DNA from: Bacillota bacterium | GTDB taxonomy: Bacteria; Bacillota; Clostridia; Christensenellales; SZUA-584 | DNA: 64,000 nucleotides | Direction: 5' to 3' | Assembly: GCA_023408075.1 (NCBI GenBank) | Contig: JAEYKW010000046.1 | Location: 1 to 64,000, forward strand | Shown here: piece after piece, positions 37,174-48,822 of the stretch | Position numbering within the stretch: position 1 is the stretch's first letter | How the letters are laid out: each line of letters starts with the position of its first letter | The notes under the pieces: generated by a model | Databases searched by the model: none | Seen by the model: the letters and a program-made list of their open reading frames with translations, nothing else | Told to the model about the DNA's origin: nothing | Made by a program: the position numbers and the translations under genes

Positions 37174-39849
37174 ATGAAAAAGCTTAGTCTCTTTCTCGTG
37201 TTGTTGTTACTCATTTCTATGTTCCCATTACAGGCATTGGCTGCCGATGAAAACAACGACAGCTATAACGATCACGATGTGGCGCAGATAAGCGCATTTT
37301 TGAATCAAACGTCTTCCGGCTTAACCAACGCGGAAATACTCGGTTATGCCGACCCAAATGATCCGGCGATATGGAGCGATGTCTCTTGGGTTTCAGTGGA
37401 TGGTGAACAACGCGTTCAGAGCATCAACTGGGGCTTTAAGGATACCGCAGGAGTGCTGGACCTTTCGGGATGCACGGCCTTGACCGAACTGTATTGTCTC
37501 TCGATCGGGCTGACCTCTCTGGATGTGAGTGGATGCACCGCTTTAAGCACGCTATCATGCGAATTTAATTCGCTGACCAGCCTCGATGTCAGCACCTGCA
37601 GCTCGCTCAGTCAGCTTTCTTGTTATGTTAATGCTATTGAAACATTAAATGTGAGTGGCTGCAGCAATTTGACATGGCTGAATTGTTCTGAAAATAAACT
37701 CACACAGCTCGATGTGAACAGCTGTGCCAATCTTGGCGATCTTGATTGCAGTCATAACAATTTGTCGTCGTTGGATGTGAGCGGCTGCCCTCTGGGATAC
37801 TTATCATGTACTGAAAACCCGCTGAAACAGATTCACGCTGTTATAGAGGGAGAGGATGTCAAACTGAACGCATCAGCAGGATATCTTAAGTTATCTTATT
37901 TGGCTTACGACATCGAAGGTGAGATGTACGTCGATAGATATTCCGCGTCGGCTGTCCCTGACAGCATGCCGTGCTCCGGGTGGACGGGAATGCAGGACGG
38001 GGTGTTATTCTCGTCAGACGATTCCAATATCGATCTTGAAATCGGCTGTTCATACGACATTACCGCGAATTTTGCGAGCGGAACCGTATACAACGACCAT
38101 GACGTCACAAAGATGCAGGTATTCCTCAATAAAGAGCCTTTAGAGGGACCAAATTACATGCAGCTGGGTTATGACGTTGACGACCCGTCCACCTGGAACG
38201 ATGTGACTTGGGTGGCTTCGCCCGAAGGCCTGCGCATATCGGCGGTTGAATGGAACGAAAGACAAGCCGTCGGCGGTACGCTCGATCTTTCCGGCTGCGC
38301 CTATCTTGAGTCTGTCGATTTTTACGGTAACGAGCTTCATGGGCTTAATTTGAACGGCTGTGCCGCGCTTAAGAATGTTTCCTGCAACGATAATTATCTT
38401 GATACGCTGAGTCTAAGCGGATGCGACGAGTTAACAAGCTTAAAGCTCAACAACAACAACGGGCTTCTCATTGCGCTTGAGCTGCAGGGGTATACAAAGC
38501 TTGAGCACCTTGAGTGCGTACAAAGTCTTCTCGATACACTTGATGTTGGCGGCTGCACGGCACTCACATATCTTGATTGCAGCAACACTTATGAGTACAA
38601 TCGCAATTTTATCAACACTCTTGACCTGAGCGACAGCACGGGGCTGACAACGCTGAAATGTGCAGGCAATCCTCTGGCTCGTATAAGCGCGATTATGAAC
38701 GATACTGTGATAGATCTTACCGCCGGAGGGTGGGGATATGTCGCATTATCTGAGGGCGGAGAGACAGCTTATACGGTGCAAGTGCCCGATACTCAACCGT
38801 TTTCAAGCTGGATAGGCACACAGGACGGCTCCCCGTTCTTTTCAGCCGAATCGACAATAAATTTAACGCCCGGCTCCGAATATGTCCTGATGGCGAATTT
38901 CGGTTACGGCGTTTTTTACGACGGCAACGGAGCGACGGGCGGCACAGTACCCGATGGCGGCAGACACAACGCGGGGGATTCCATTGGGGTGCGCAGCAAC
39001 TCGGGCAGCCTTGAGCGAGCGGGTTTTGAATTTGCAGGCTGGAACACGGCGGCTGACGGCAGCGGCACATCATACAGCGAGGACTCATCGATGATGATGC
39101 CCGCAGAGAACATCACGCTGTACGCGGTTTGGGAGCCCATCGCCTATACCATCACCTATGACCTCGACGGAGGTGAGGCACAGAATCCCGCGACTTACAA
39201 TGCTCTGACCCCGGCATTCACGCTGAATAATCCTACGAAACTGGGATATGTGTTTGCGGGCTGGACGGGAACGGACCTTGCGAATGCGGCGATGAGCGTC
39301 AGCTTCCCGGCGGGGTCCATAGGCGACAGGGCTTACACAGCAAACTGGGCGCAGAACACAGTATACACCGTCACATTCGATGCGAAGAACGGGAGCGCGG
39401 TGGACAGCATTGAGGTGAATGCGGGAGGGACAATTGAAACCGCCCCTGTCACGAGCCGGTTCGGTTATAACTTTACCGGCTGGTATACGAAGAAGGGAGT
39501 GCTCATAACGTTCCCATATCATGTAACGGGCAGCGTGACGCTTTATGCGGGGTGGGAGAAGCAGCCAAAGACAGCATACCTTTCGGATGTTGAACTCTCG
39601 TCTGGCACTCTCGATTCAAACTTTTCGAATTCGAAATACCTCTATTTAATAAGGCTGCCCGAGAGTGAGACGAGCTTTACGCTGACCCCGGTTAAAGAGT
39701 ATGATGGCGCTTCGATGTCGATAAACGGGGAATCCACATCGAGTTACACGGTTAACCTTGAAAACCATAGGAATGCGCTGATATGCGTGATCGTGCAAAA
39801 CGGCAAAAGCATAAGGCTGTATACTTTCATCGTGCACAGAGGAAGATGA
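37174..39849 (+). CDS. Large secreted LRR protein with Listeria-Bacteroides repeats and C-terminal cadherin-like beta-sandwich domain
   Basis: Signal peptide and two copies of the cap+LRR module seen in the 14349 gene. Also 3-4 Listeria-Bacteroides (Flg_new) repeats (GY.FAGW..). C-terminal LS.GTLDSNFSNSKYLY...FTLTPV is cadherin-like. Confidence 0.75.
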   Translation: MKKLSLFLVLLLLISMFPLQALAADENNDSYNDHDVAQISAFLNQTSSGLTNAEILGYADPNDPAIWSDVSWVSVDGEQRVQSINWGFKDTAGVLDLSGCTALTELYCLSIGLTSLDVSGCTALSTLSCEFNSLTSLDVSTCSSLSQLSCYVNAIETLNVSGCSNLTWLNCSENKLTQLDVNSCANLGDLDCSHNNLSSLDVSGCPLGYLSCTENPLKQIHAVIEGEDVKLNASAGYLKLSYLAYDIEGEMYVDRYSASAVPDSMPCSGWTGMQDGVLFSSDDSNIDLEIGCSYDITANFASGTVYNDHDVTKMQVFLNKEPLEGPNYMQLGYDVDDPSTWNDVTWVASPEGLRISAVEWNERQAVGGTLDLSGCAYLESVDFYGNELHGLNLNGCAALKNVSCNDNYLDTLSLSGCDELTSLKLNNNNGLLIALELQGYTKLEHLECVQSLLDTLDVGGCTALTYLDCSNTYEYNRNFINTLDLSDSTGLTTLKCAGNPLARISAIMNDTVIDLTAGGWGYVALSEGGETAYTVQVPDTQPFSSWIGTQDGSPFFSAESTINLTPGSEYVLMANFGYGVFYDGNGATGGTVPDGGRHNAGDSIGVRSNSGSLERAGFEFAGWNTAADGSGTSYSEDSSMMMPAENITLYAVWEPIAYTITYDLDGGEAQNPATYNALTPAFTLNNPTKLGYVFAGWTGTDLANAAMSVSFPAGSIGDRAYTANWAQNTVYTVTFDAKNGSAVDSIEVNAGGTIETAPVTSRFGYNFTGWYTKKGVLITFPYHVTGSVTLYAGWEKQPKTAYLSDVELSSGTLDSNFSNSKYLYLIRLPESETSFTLTPVKEYDGASMSINGESTSSYTVNLENHRNALICVIVQNGKSIRLYTFIVHRGR

Positions 39850-40193
39850 AAAGGATGATAGCCGATAGAGCCATAAATCGGAGATAACGTATATTGAAGC
39901 CTGTAAAATGGTTTTTAGAAAGCGGTTCGCAACGCTGTCAAGAAAAACGAACAGGAAAAAAGTTGACTGGCTCTCGCACTCTACGGGAGTCAGTTTTTAT
40001 TCTCCGATTGTTTCTCGATATTATTTTTAAGGAATTGAATTCCCCGTCACTTTGTTCGTAAACAGTAATTTTCTCTGTCATTGCGGGAAGCCTTTTCTAT
40101 GTCAAAATGATTTTGGCGCAGTGACGTTCGGTAAAGATACAACCAAAGATCAACAAACCGGTTTAGTATAGAATAAGAGTATAAAAAGCCCTC

Positions 40194-41153
40194 TTAATCG
40201 AGTATCTTTATATCAATGACCGCATCCTGATTAATGACTCTTCCGGCCTCGTCAATATATTTATCGCGGTTTTCCCATGTTATGCTGATCTTTTGATATC
40301 TTGACAGCGTTTCCGGGGCAACCTCGGTCTGTGTCATCCAGAACCAAAGGTCATCGCCTTCGATCGTACGGACGGCCATATGTTTATAATCGCCCCATTG
40401 CAGCCCTGCAAAATAAAAGTCCAGTTCTTTTGTATCATGGACGGTGCCATCGACAAGGTTGTCATCTTCCTCCGCTATATCTTCGGTCGGTTCTTCCTGA
40501 TTCTCCGGCACAGTATCCCCAAAGGACTCGGCAGTACCGGGGTACCCTTGATAGTCCTGTGCGACCTTCCATTTGCCGTCTTGGGGCACAAGCACAAACA
40601 CGCGGTAGTTAAGCCCCTCCCGGTAATCCCAAAATTCCTTATCGAGCGTATAATCCGTTTTAGCGACAAGCAGGCGGACGTCTCCGTATATTTCCGGCAC
40701 GTCAGACCGAAAGCCTGATGCGATCTCGTAAGGAATATTGTCGGTTTCATAATCAGAGAGCTTCGATTTTGCATCTTCGATTTCCCGTATATCAGCCAAT
40801 TTGGCGCTCTCAATAGAGAAATAGCCGTTTTTGTTTTTCTCATTGTCGGAGTATGCAAAGAAATCCTTAAAATATTGCTGCTCCTCGTTGGTCCAGAGGT
40901 TTAAGAAAGCGTCCCAGTCGTGAGCGTTCTGGGCGGCAATAAAGTCTGTGATGACGGCTTCGATTTCCGGATCAAGCGTGGAAGACGGTGAGGCAGCTGC
41001 GGCTTCCGTTTTGGCGGGGACAGGCGAAGCAGCCGGGGCAGCGGTAGCGCCGGGAGTTGGGGTGATGGATGATATATTGCCGGGATTACCGCATGCCGCA
41101 AGGACAAACAGCAGCATCAAAAGCACAATCAGCAAAACAAACACAGAACGCAT
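40194..41153 (-). CDS. Hypothetical lipoprotein
   Basis: Lipobox LAACG, Ala/Pro/Thr-rich linker, AGGAGGTG RBS before MRSVF. Confidence 0.45.
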   Translation of the reverse strand: MRSVFVLLIVLLMLLFVLAACGNPGNISSITPTPGATAAPAASPVPAKTEAAAASPSSTLDPEIEAVITDFIAAQNAHDWDAFLNLWTNEEQQYFKDFFAYSDNEKNKNGYFSIESAKLADIREIEDAKSKLSDYETDNIPYEIASGFRSDVPEIYGDVRLLVAKTDYTLDKEFWDYREGLNYRVFVLVPQDGKWKVAQDYQGYPGTAESFGDTVPENQEEPTEDIAEEDDNLVDGTVHDTKELDFYFAGLQWGDYKHMAVRTIEGDDLWFWMTQTEVAPETLSRYQKISITWENRDKYIDEAGRVINQDAVIDIKILD

Positions 41154-41560
41154 AAGAGCACCTCCTGATCTCATCATACAATCTTAAGTAAAAAATGCAA
41201 TATTATTGTATGTCGGGAACAAGGAAAAGGATACTCCTTTCCGATTTTCAGCCTTAAATCATGATAACACAGTATATGACTGAATAAGCACGCTGAAGGA
41301 TATCGTGCGGAGAATGGCTCACTGGCTGGGATTTATATCATGTCTTTGGCCTTTGGCGCTGGAGCCTTGAATACTGTTGAAGGAACAGCGCTCCTTGTCG
41401 CGGATAAATTTGCATTATAGTCGCATTTGCAATATACTTTTCAAATAACCAACTTTTAGCTCGCCAGATTCCCTTTACACAGTGAAGAACTCTATACTGC
41501 ATCAGGTTTAAAGCATAAAAATATCAAGCATTAAAACAAGAAGCTAAGAAAGGGTTTTGT

Positions 41561-44500
41561 ATGGACAAACCGGTACTTTCCAATGAGAACGCCAAAAGGC
41601 TGCAACAAAGCGAGGAAAGGCTTCTTGCACTGTTAAAGGCATCTTCAGATGTCATCTACCATATGAGCCCCGACTGGAAAACGATGACCGAGCTATACGG
41701 ACGCGGGTTTATGGCCGATACGGATGAAGCTGACTCGAGCTGGCTCGAAAAATATATACACCCTGATGATCAGCCGCATGTGACAGAATTGATAGAAAGC
41801 TGTATCAAGGATAAAAGGCTATTTGAGCTGGAGCATCGTATACTGCGGCCGGATGGGAGTATCGGCTGGACACATTCCCGGGCTATTCCCATGATGAACG
41901 AAGAAGGGAATATTAAAGAATGGTTTGGCGCTGCCAGCGATATAACGAAAGTTAAGCAAGTCGAAGAGAGCGCGAAAAAAGCTAATGAGGAGGCAGAGAG
42001 ACGGGCGCAAGATGTTCAAAACGAGCGTAAACGATTTTTTGACGTACTGGAAACCCTGCCGGTCATGATCTGTCTGATTACCCCGGAATACCGCATTCCA
42101 TTTGCCAACAAAGCGTTTCGCGAGAGGTTCGGAGAAGCAAACGACCGGTATTTTTATGAGTATTGCTGCGGATATACAGAGCCTTGCCCTTTCTGCGAAT
42201 CGTTGGTGCCGCTCAAAACCGGTCGGGCGCATCACTGGGAGTTTACTTCTCCGGATGGCAATACCATTATTGATGCCTACGACTTTCCATTCAGCGATAC
42301 TAACGGTTCTCCTCTGATCCTCGAAATGGATATTGACATCACCGAGCACAGAAAAGCAGAAGAGGCGCTGCATAAAGTATATCTGCGGGAAGAGGTTCTC
42401 GGCGAACTTACAAGCTGGCTTCTTGAGAGCGAAGATCCGCAGGCTATCATGGAGGAAATCTGCAGGAAGTCAATCGGTTACGTCGAATGCGATGTTTTTA
42501 TAAATTGTGTTGCAGAGGGTGATCATCTGTTGTTAAATTCCTATTCCGGGATATCTGCCGAAGAGGTTGAAAATTTAAAACGGCTTGAGTATGACGAGAC
42601 AGTCTTCGGCTGCATCGCCGCAAAAGGTGAGCGCATCGTCGTACCTGATGTGCAGAATTCAGCAGACCAGAGAGTACAGATTGTTAGGTCCTTCGGCGTG
42701 CAGTCTTTTGCGGGCTTTCCCCTTAAATCTGACGATCACGTCATCGGCACGCTCTCTTTCGGAAGCAGAAAACGGAAGACATTTACTGAGGATGAACTGT
42801 TATTTATGAATATCGTTTCCGGGCACATAGCAATAGCGATTAACCGCCTTATTATATTGAAAGCGTTGCGAGACAACCGAGAGAGCCTCGAAGAAGAATT
42901 GAAAGGCGCAAAGCTCCTTAAAGGAATAAGCACCGAGCTTCTTTACCAGGAAGATACCCGGGAATTTTATGAGAAAATAATAGATGCTGCGTCAGGCATT
43001 ATGCATTCTCAATTTGCGAGCATACAGATGTTAAGCCCAAACGGGGATGATAAAGGAAAGCTTAAACTGCTTGCATACCGCGGATTTAATCAGAAGGCAA
43101 CGGTGTTCTGGAAGTACGTAGACATATCGTCGGGCTCATCCTGCGGAGAGGCACTGCGCACAGGAGAACGCATAATAGTGCCTGATTTGGAGAAATGCGA
43201 CTTTATGCAGGGAACGGAGGATCAGATAATCTACCTTCAAACCGGAATCCACGCCACTCAGACAACGCCGCTTTACTCACGCAGCGGCAGGCCAGTGGGC
43301 ATGATCTCCACTCATTGGAGCGAACCATATGTTCCATCGGAAGGTGAGCTTCGGCAGCTTGATGTTCTGGCAAGGCAGGCTGCCGATGTTATCGATCGGA
43401 GACAATTCGAGGAGGCGCTGCGGGAGAGTGAGGAAAAGGCTATCGCGTTGGTGGGAGAGCTTGAAGAAACGGATAGGAATAAGAACCAATTTATCAGCGC
43501 TTTATCCCATGAACTCCGTAACCCTCTGGCGGTTATCTCAGCAGGGCTGGAAATACTGAGCCTTTCTCAAAATAAAGAACAGATACAAAAGGCAAAAGAT
43601 ATCATGTATCGCCAGATGAACCAGCTTTGCTCTCTGGTTGATGACCTGCTGGACTTGACCCGGATTTCGAACAATAAGATAGAGCTTAAAAAAGAGAAAA
43701 TTGAGCTTAATAAACTCATATCACTGATTACAGATGACCAACAGGCTTTGTTTGACGAAAAAGGCATGACTCTGTATACAAAAATCAGCAGCCATTCAAT
43801 TTTTATTCATGCCGATTCTGTGCGTTTAAAACAAATTATAGGCAATCTGCTTCACAACGCACAAAAATATACCCGGCCCGGAGGAGAAACGGTGTTAAGT
43901 GTTAATGAAGATAATCACGAAGCAGTGATTCGTGTGAAAGATAACGGGATTGGCTTAAGCCTCGAATTAATACCACGTTTGTTTCAGCCTTTTGTTCAGG
44001 CCGATTCATCGCTCGACAGGAGCAGCGGAGGGCTCGGGCTCGGGCTTTCAATAACAAAGGGAATCGTTGAATTGCATGGGGGTAGCGTAAAAGCTTTTAG
44101 TGAGGGGCTGGGGAAAGGCTCCGAGTTTACGATAAGGCTGCCGATACTCGATGAAGAAGGTGCCGACGATGTGACCAAAGCAAAACCGGTATGCAGTGCG
44201 GCGCGATCTCTTCGCATACTGATTATTGAGGATAACAAGGATTTTGCCGATCTGTTGAGCACGATGCTTATAGAGATTGATTATCAGGTTGAGGTAGCTT
44301 ATGACGGATATAGGGGTTTGGAGATATTAAAGCATTTCCAGCCGGATATTATTCTCTGCGATATCGGGCTGCCGGGAATGGACGGATTTGAGGTGGCGAA
44401 GAACATAAAAGAGAATGAGGCTCTCAAAGATACATTTTTGGTCGCGCTCACAGGGTATGCGGAGGAAGACGATTTAAAACGCGCAAAGGAAAGCGGGTTC

Positions 44501-44566
44501 AACCGGCTTATGGCAAAGCCGGTCAGCCTTGATGCAATACAGGCATTGCTTTGTGAAATAAAATGA
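41561..44566 (+). CDS. Cytoplasmic hybrid sensor histidine kinase (PAS-GAF-GAF-HisKA-HATPase-REC)
   Basis: H-box ISALSHELRNPL, G-boxes (DNGIGLS, GGLGLGL) and a C-terminal receiver (ILIIEDN...DIGLPGMDG...K). No TM segments. Confidence 0.85.
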   Translation: MDKPVLSNENAKRLQQSEERLLALLKASSDVIYHMSPDWKTMTELYGRGFMADTDEADSSWLEKYIHPDDQPHVTELIESCIKDKRLFELEHRILRPDGSIGWTHSRAIPMMNEEGNIKEWFGAASDITKVKQVEESAKKANEEAERRAQDVQNERKRFFDVLETLPVMICLITPEYRIPFANKAFRERFGEANDRYFYEYCCGYTEPCPFCESLVPLKTGRAHHWEFTSPDGNTIIDAYDFPFSDTNGSPLILEMDIDITEHRKAEEALHKVYLREEVLGELTSWLLESEDPQAIMEEICRKSIGYVECDVFINCVAEGDHLLLNSYSGISAEEVENLKRLEYDETVFGCIAAKGERIVVPDVQNSADQRVQIVRSFGVQSFAGFPLKSDDHVIGTLSFGSRKRKTFTEDELLFMNIVSGHIAIAINRLIILKALRDNRESLEEELKGAKLLKGISTELLYQEDTREFYEKIIDAASGIMHSQFASIQMLSPNGDDKGKLKLLAYRGFNQKATVFWKYVDISSGSSCGEALRTGERIIVPDLEKCDFMQGTEDQIIYLQTGIHATQTTPLYSRSGRPVGMISTHWSEPYVPSEGELRQLDVLARQAADVIDRRQFEEALRESEEKAIALVGELEETDRNKNQFISALSHELRNPLAVISAGLEILSLSQNKEQIQKAKDIMYRQMNQLCSLVDDLLDLTRISNNKIELKKEKIELNKLISLITDDQQALFDEKGMTLYTKISSHSIFIHADSVRLKQIIGNLLHNAQKYTRPGGETVLSVNEDNHEAVIRVKDNGIGLSLELIPRLFQPFVQADSSLDRSSGGLGLGLSITKGIVELHGGSVKAFSEGLGKGSEFTIRLPILDEEGADDVTKAKPVCSAARSLRILIIEDNKDFADLLSTMLIEIDYQVEVAYDGYRGLEILKHFQPDIILCDIGLPGMDGFEVAKNIKENEALKDTFLVALTGYAEEDDLKRAKESGFNRLMAKPVSLDAIQALLCEIK

Positions 44567-44852
44567 TAACACATCCCGACGCCCCGTTTGCGTGGGAACA
44601 TACGAAAAAGATAAATATCCGTGAAGCACGGTTGGAATGCAGTCAATATCGCTTTGCAAAGGCGGAATGCCAATCATTTATGACTGCACGCTTGTCGCAG
44701 CAAAAATATGAAGAGGGTCATGAACCGCACATGGATACACGACTAAGCCCCAAAAAAGGCCATGTGCGATTCATAAAAAAGTATTTTCATCTGGAAGAGG
44801 AATGTAATATCATGAGATGATACTCTTGCCGATGCAGATATGGAGGATGAAT

Positions 44853-45380
44853 ATGCCAAAGGCCCGAAAGATGCTGAGTGATTGGGAGGCGCCGTATATC
44901 CAATCGCTTATGAAATTGATTGAAACGCAAAGCAAAGCGACGCTCGCAAATTGGGCCGTTAATTATGCCGAGAGGGTGCTGCTGCCGCTGTGGAGCGAAA
45001 GCTTTCCGGATGACCCGCGCCCGCGAAATGCACTCAGCGCCGCGCGTGAGTGGCTGTCGGGAGCCATCAAGCTGCCGCAGGCGAAAACGGTCATACTCGA
45101 GTGCCACGCCGCTGCGCGCGAAGCCGAGGGTAGCCCCGTTGCGCAACCCGCCGCAAGGGCCATCGGGCAATCCGCATCCACGATCCATTCGGCGAGGCAC
45201 TGCATCGGGCTCGCGCTGTACGGAGCGCTGGCGGTCGCGTATTCCACGATGGGATCGGACGCATCGTGGAAACAGGTGGAGCGGTGCGCCGCCGATGAGT
45301 GCGCGCGCATGCTGGACGCGCTCCGGCTCGTTGCCGTGGAAAACGAACAAAACCCGGCGAAAATTGACTGGAAATGCTGA
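44853..45380 (+). CDS. Hypothetical helical protein
   Basis: ORF with TGGAGG RBS; no domain recognised. Confidence 0.35.
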   Translation: MPKARKMLSDWEAPYIQSLMKLIETQSKATLANWAVNYAERVLLPLWSESFPDDPRPRNALSAAREWLSGAIKLPQAKTVILECHAAAREAEGSPVAQPAARAIGQSASTIHSARHCIGLALYGALAVAYSTMGSDASWKQVERCAADECARMLDALRLVAVENEQNPAKIDWKC

Positions 45381-45525
45381 TCGCGCAAGCTGCAAAACAG
45401 GCATAAGAGAATCCATAGTCAATAAGCATAAGCCTCATGGATTCATTCGGCAAGCTTGAATGTACTTTCGGCTTTATGATATTGTATAGTCAATCTTATA
45501 TTTTAAAACGGAATGGAAGGGCATC

Positions 45526-46128
45526 GTGGGCAATACGGATAAGTTCGATATGATCGCCGCGCAATATGATACGCCCGAAAGGGTTCGCATCGCTGAGGCA
45601 GCGGCGAATGCCATACGTGAGCTTTTGGTTGGCACCAAAAGCAAGACGGCGATCGATTTTGGCTGCGGAACAGGCCTTGTGGGATTAAGCTTATTAAGCG
45701 ATTTTCAGTCAGTGCTGTTTCTGGATACATCCCAAAGCATGATCGATCAGGTAAAACAGAAAATTTCAGAGGCGGATATACGCAGCGCGGATGCGTTATG
45801 CTTTGATTTTGAAAAGGGCAGCCTGCCGGATTTGCATGCCGATTATATTTTTATGGCGCAGGTTCTGCTGCATATTAAAGATTATAAGCCGGTATTGGCA
45901 AAGCTGTTTGACGTTTTGAACCCGGAAGGGCATATTATTATCGTTGATTTTGACAAGAATGAGAACATCGTTTCCGATCTGGTGCATAGCGGGTTTGATC
46001 AACAGGCCCTGACGGCTGACATGGCGAATATCGGATATAAAAGCATTCAATCGAAAACTTTCTATCAAGGAAGCAAGATCTTCATGGGGCAGGATGCGTC
46101 AATATTTATACTCGACGCACAGAAATAG
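45526..46128 (+). CDS. Class-I SAM-dependent methyltransferase
   Basis: Motif I IDFGCGTGLVG and post-I acidic residue; 200 aa. Confidence 0.75.
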   Translation: MGNTDKFDMIAAQYDTPERVRIAEAAANAIRELLVGTKSKTAIDFGCGTGLVGLSLLSDFQSVLFLDTSQSMIDQVKQKISEADIRSADALCFDFEKGSLPDLHADYIFMAQVLLHIKDYKPVLAKLFDVLNPEGHIIIVDFDKNENIVSDLVHSGFDQQALTADMANIGYKSIQSKTFYQGSKIFMGQDASIFILDAQK

Positions 46129-46304
46129 AGACGGGTTTGCAGTCTTCAAGATTCATTTTGTAATTCGAGCACTCAACTTTTATACAAACAGCTTCCCCAC
46201 AACTTTATTATAACATATCCGGATATCGATTATCAGTCTTATTTTTATGAATTGAAACGTGTATCCTAAAGCTAATTCGAAAAATCAGAGCGAATACCGG
46301 AGGT

Positions 46305-48554
46305 ATGTTTGTGATAGAGAATAAAGACATATGGGCTTATGAAAAGGCGTACCTTGAAAAAGTGATCAGAGAGATAAAAAAGCAGCTGGATATCGGTATC
46401 AACGCTGTCGACAATTATAAAAGCGATGCCATACAACTGCAAAAAAGTATGTGGGAAGACATACGGTGTGCCCCTTCCGGCTTGTTCGATCTGGAGGATG
46501 CCGCACAAATCAACCAGATCCAAATGGACTTAAAAAACAAAGCCAGCTTATACAGATTTTCTTTTGAAAAAGTCAACCACCTGAAAATAATGCTCAAAAG
46601 CCCGTATTTCGGTCGAATTGACTTTCTGGAGCACGGAGAAGCCAAAGCCGAGTCAATCTACGTAGGGGTATACAGCTTAAGTACGAACGATACAATGGAT
46701 CTCCTCGTTTACGATTGGAGAGCACCGATCAGCAGCATGTTTTATGATTTTGAGATCGGTCCTTCAAGTTATTCATGCCCGGCAGGCTTAATTGAAGGCG
46801 ACATGCTGCTCAAAAGGCAGTACAAGATCGAAAATTCGGATATCGTTTATATGTTTGACAGCAGCCTGAATATCAACGACGCCATGCTTCAGGAACTGCT
46901 CGGCAAAAGCACAGACAACAGAATGAAAACGATTGTGGCAAGCATACAAAAGGAGCAGAATTCCGTCATCAGAAACAGTCAGGATAAAATACTCATCGTT
47001 GAGGGCCCAGCCGGGAGCGGCAAAACGTCAATCGCGCTCCACAGAGCCGCATACGTTTTATACAGGTTCCGGGACACCGTCAAATCGGAAAATATACTGA
47101 TTTTTTCTCCGAACCATGTGTTTGAGGACTATATTTCTCATGTGCTGCCCGAGCTGGGGGAAGAGAATATACGCAGAAGCACATTTGCGGATTTTTTCTC
47201 AAATGCTTTTTTCACGGACCTGCAAATAGAAACAATGAATCAGCAGATGGAATATATACTGACTTTGGATCGAGCCTATGATGTCAGGCTTGAATGTATC
47301 AAATTCAAATCATCGCTGCTGTATCTGGATATCTTAAAAAAGTATATCCGGTATCTTGAAAGCGGAGCGGTGCTGAAATTTAAAGACGTTGTTTATGATA
47401 ACGCCATTCTGATCTCTGCAGACGAAATATACCAGCTTTATAAAAGTCAGTCGAGCCGCTTGCCCTATGCCAACCGGCTGGGGAAGATACGTGAGCGTCT
47501 TTTCAGGCTTTTGGAAGAGTATGAAGAAAGAAGAGTCAGTGATGCTTTAAAGAAGGATGCCAATGCGGATAAAATGGGCAGCCGGGACATAAAGGAAGCG
47601 TATGAGCTTGCTAAAGAGGATATTATTCGGATGACGGCTTTTGAAATCTGCCCGTTGTATTTGAATTTGTTTGAGAATTTCGGAGCTTTGCTGCAAGCGT
47701 TTGATATAAGCAGCCGTGAAGACTATAACATGTTGACCGGATATACAATTCGTGCGTTTAGCGAAGGGATCATCAACTATGAGGACCTGGCACCCTTGAT
47801 ATATCTGAAAACGGCGCTTGGAGGGGAGGATACTGCGGCCTCAGTGAAGCATGTCATCATCGATGAGGCACAGGACTATACGCCCGTGCAATATGAAATT
47901 TTCAAGACGGTGTTTAAAAACAGCAATATGACGATTCTCGGCGACGTCAACCAAACCGTTAACGGGTATATGAATATCGGGAGTTTTGATACCATCTCAG
48001 ACGCTTACGCGGGTTCGAAAAAGATAGCGCTGACAAAGAGTTATCGTTCGAGCAAAGAGCTCGCGGACTACTGTAAAGAGCTGCTGGCTTCCCCGGGGCA
48101 ATCGGAGCAGTTGAACAGGCACGGGGCAAAGCCAAGGGTTGTTAAGGCTGATATCAGCGGCGTTTATAAGAGAATGGCGGATGATATCCTTGATTTAAAG
48201 AACAAAGGATATCAGCTCATTGCGGTGATCTGCAAAACGGCCTCCAAATGCAAGACTGTCTATCAAGACCTGAAGCCGCTTTTGGATATCTGTTTGATTT
48301 CCAATCAGAACGAAGTCTATCACGGCGATATCGTCGTGATTCCGTCGTATCTTGCCAAAGGACTTGAATTTGACGCCGTATTGGTCGAGTCGGCTGATGA
48401 TACGGATTATCATCAGCCCGAGGACAGAAGGCTGCTGTATACGGTATGCACGAGAGCTTTGCATGAGCTGTACTTATATTACGTTGATACGCTGTCCCGT
48501 TTTGTATCGGCCATCGATGAGCCGCTGTATATTCATGATGATGCGACACGGTAA
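46305..48554 (+). CDS. helD: HelD-type (UvrD/Rep superfamily 1) DNA helicase, RNAP-associated
   Basis: Walker A IVEGPAGSGKTSIALHRAAYVLYRF. The overall length and the N-terminal coiled domain are typical of Firmicute HelD. Confidence 0.8.
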   Translation: MFVIENKDIWAYEKAYLEKVIREIKKQLDIGINAVDNYKSDAIQLQKSMWEDIRCAPSGLFDLEDAAQINQIQMDLKNKASLYRFSFEKVNHLKIMLKSPYFGRIDFLEHGEAKAESIYVGVYSLSTNDTMDLLVYDWRAPISSMFYDFEIGPSSYSCPAGLIEGDMLLKRQYKIENSDIVYMFDSSLNINDAMLQELLGKSTDNRMKTIVASIQKEQNSVIRNSQDKILIVEGPAGSGKTSIALHRAAYVLYRFRDTVKSENILIFSPNHVFEDYISHVLPELGEENIRRSTFADFFSNAFFTDLQIETMNQQMEYILTLDRAYDVRLECIKFKSSLLYLDILKKYIRYLESGAVLKFKDVVYDNAILISADEIYQLYKSQSSRLPYANRLGKIRERLFRLLEEYEERRVSDALKKDANADKMGSRDIKEAYELAKEDIIRMTAFEICPLYLNLFENFGALLQAFDISSREDYNMLTGYTIRAFSEGIINYEDLAPLIYLKTALGGEDTAASVKHVIIDEAQDYTPVQYEIFKTVFKNSNMTILGDVNQTVNGYMNIGSFDTISDAYAGSKKIALTKSYRSSKELADYCKELLASPGQSEQLNRHGAKPRVVKADISGVYKRMADDILDLKNKGYQLIAVICKTASKCKTVYQDLKPLLDICLISNQNEVYHGDIVVIPSYLAKGLEFDAVLVESADDTDYHQPEDRRLLYTVCTRALHELYLYYVDTLSRFVSAIDEPLYIHDDATR

Positions 48555-48822
48555 CGCCGACTGCGCGTCATTTATTGCCTGCGGGGAACCCTGTTTTTGT
48601 GATAAAAATCAGTGAATATGCCGCCGTTGTCAGCGGACTGACATGACCCGGTAGCCATGATTGCGCGTGAATACGGTTGTCGGCAGTGACAGCTGAACCG
48701 GTGATATTCGCAAAGCCACGGGAGACAGCCAAGCAGAGCTTGACTAAAACAGGGTTATCCTATCAAAAGCATGCATCGACGGCGCAAGCTATGGTATACT
48801 GATAAAAAAAGCGGAGCAGTCA

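Noticed and set aside
44920-45459. 179-aa plus-strand ORF (Arg-rich) overlapping the 44853-45380 ORF in another frame, plus two minus-strand ORFs (141 and 120 aa) in the same span
   Set aside because: All are in a GC-rich stretch. The chosen frame has a plausible RBS and non-repetitive composition; the others are Arg/Ala/Ser-rich frame shadows. Confidence in the chosen frame is itself modest.
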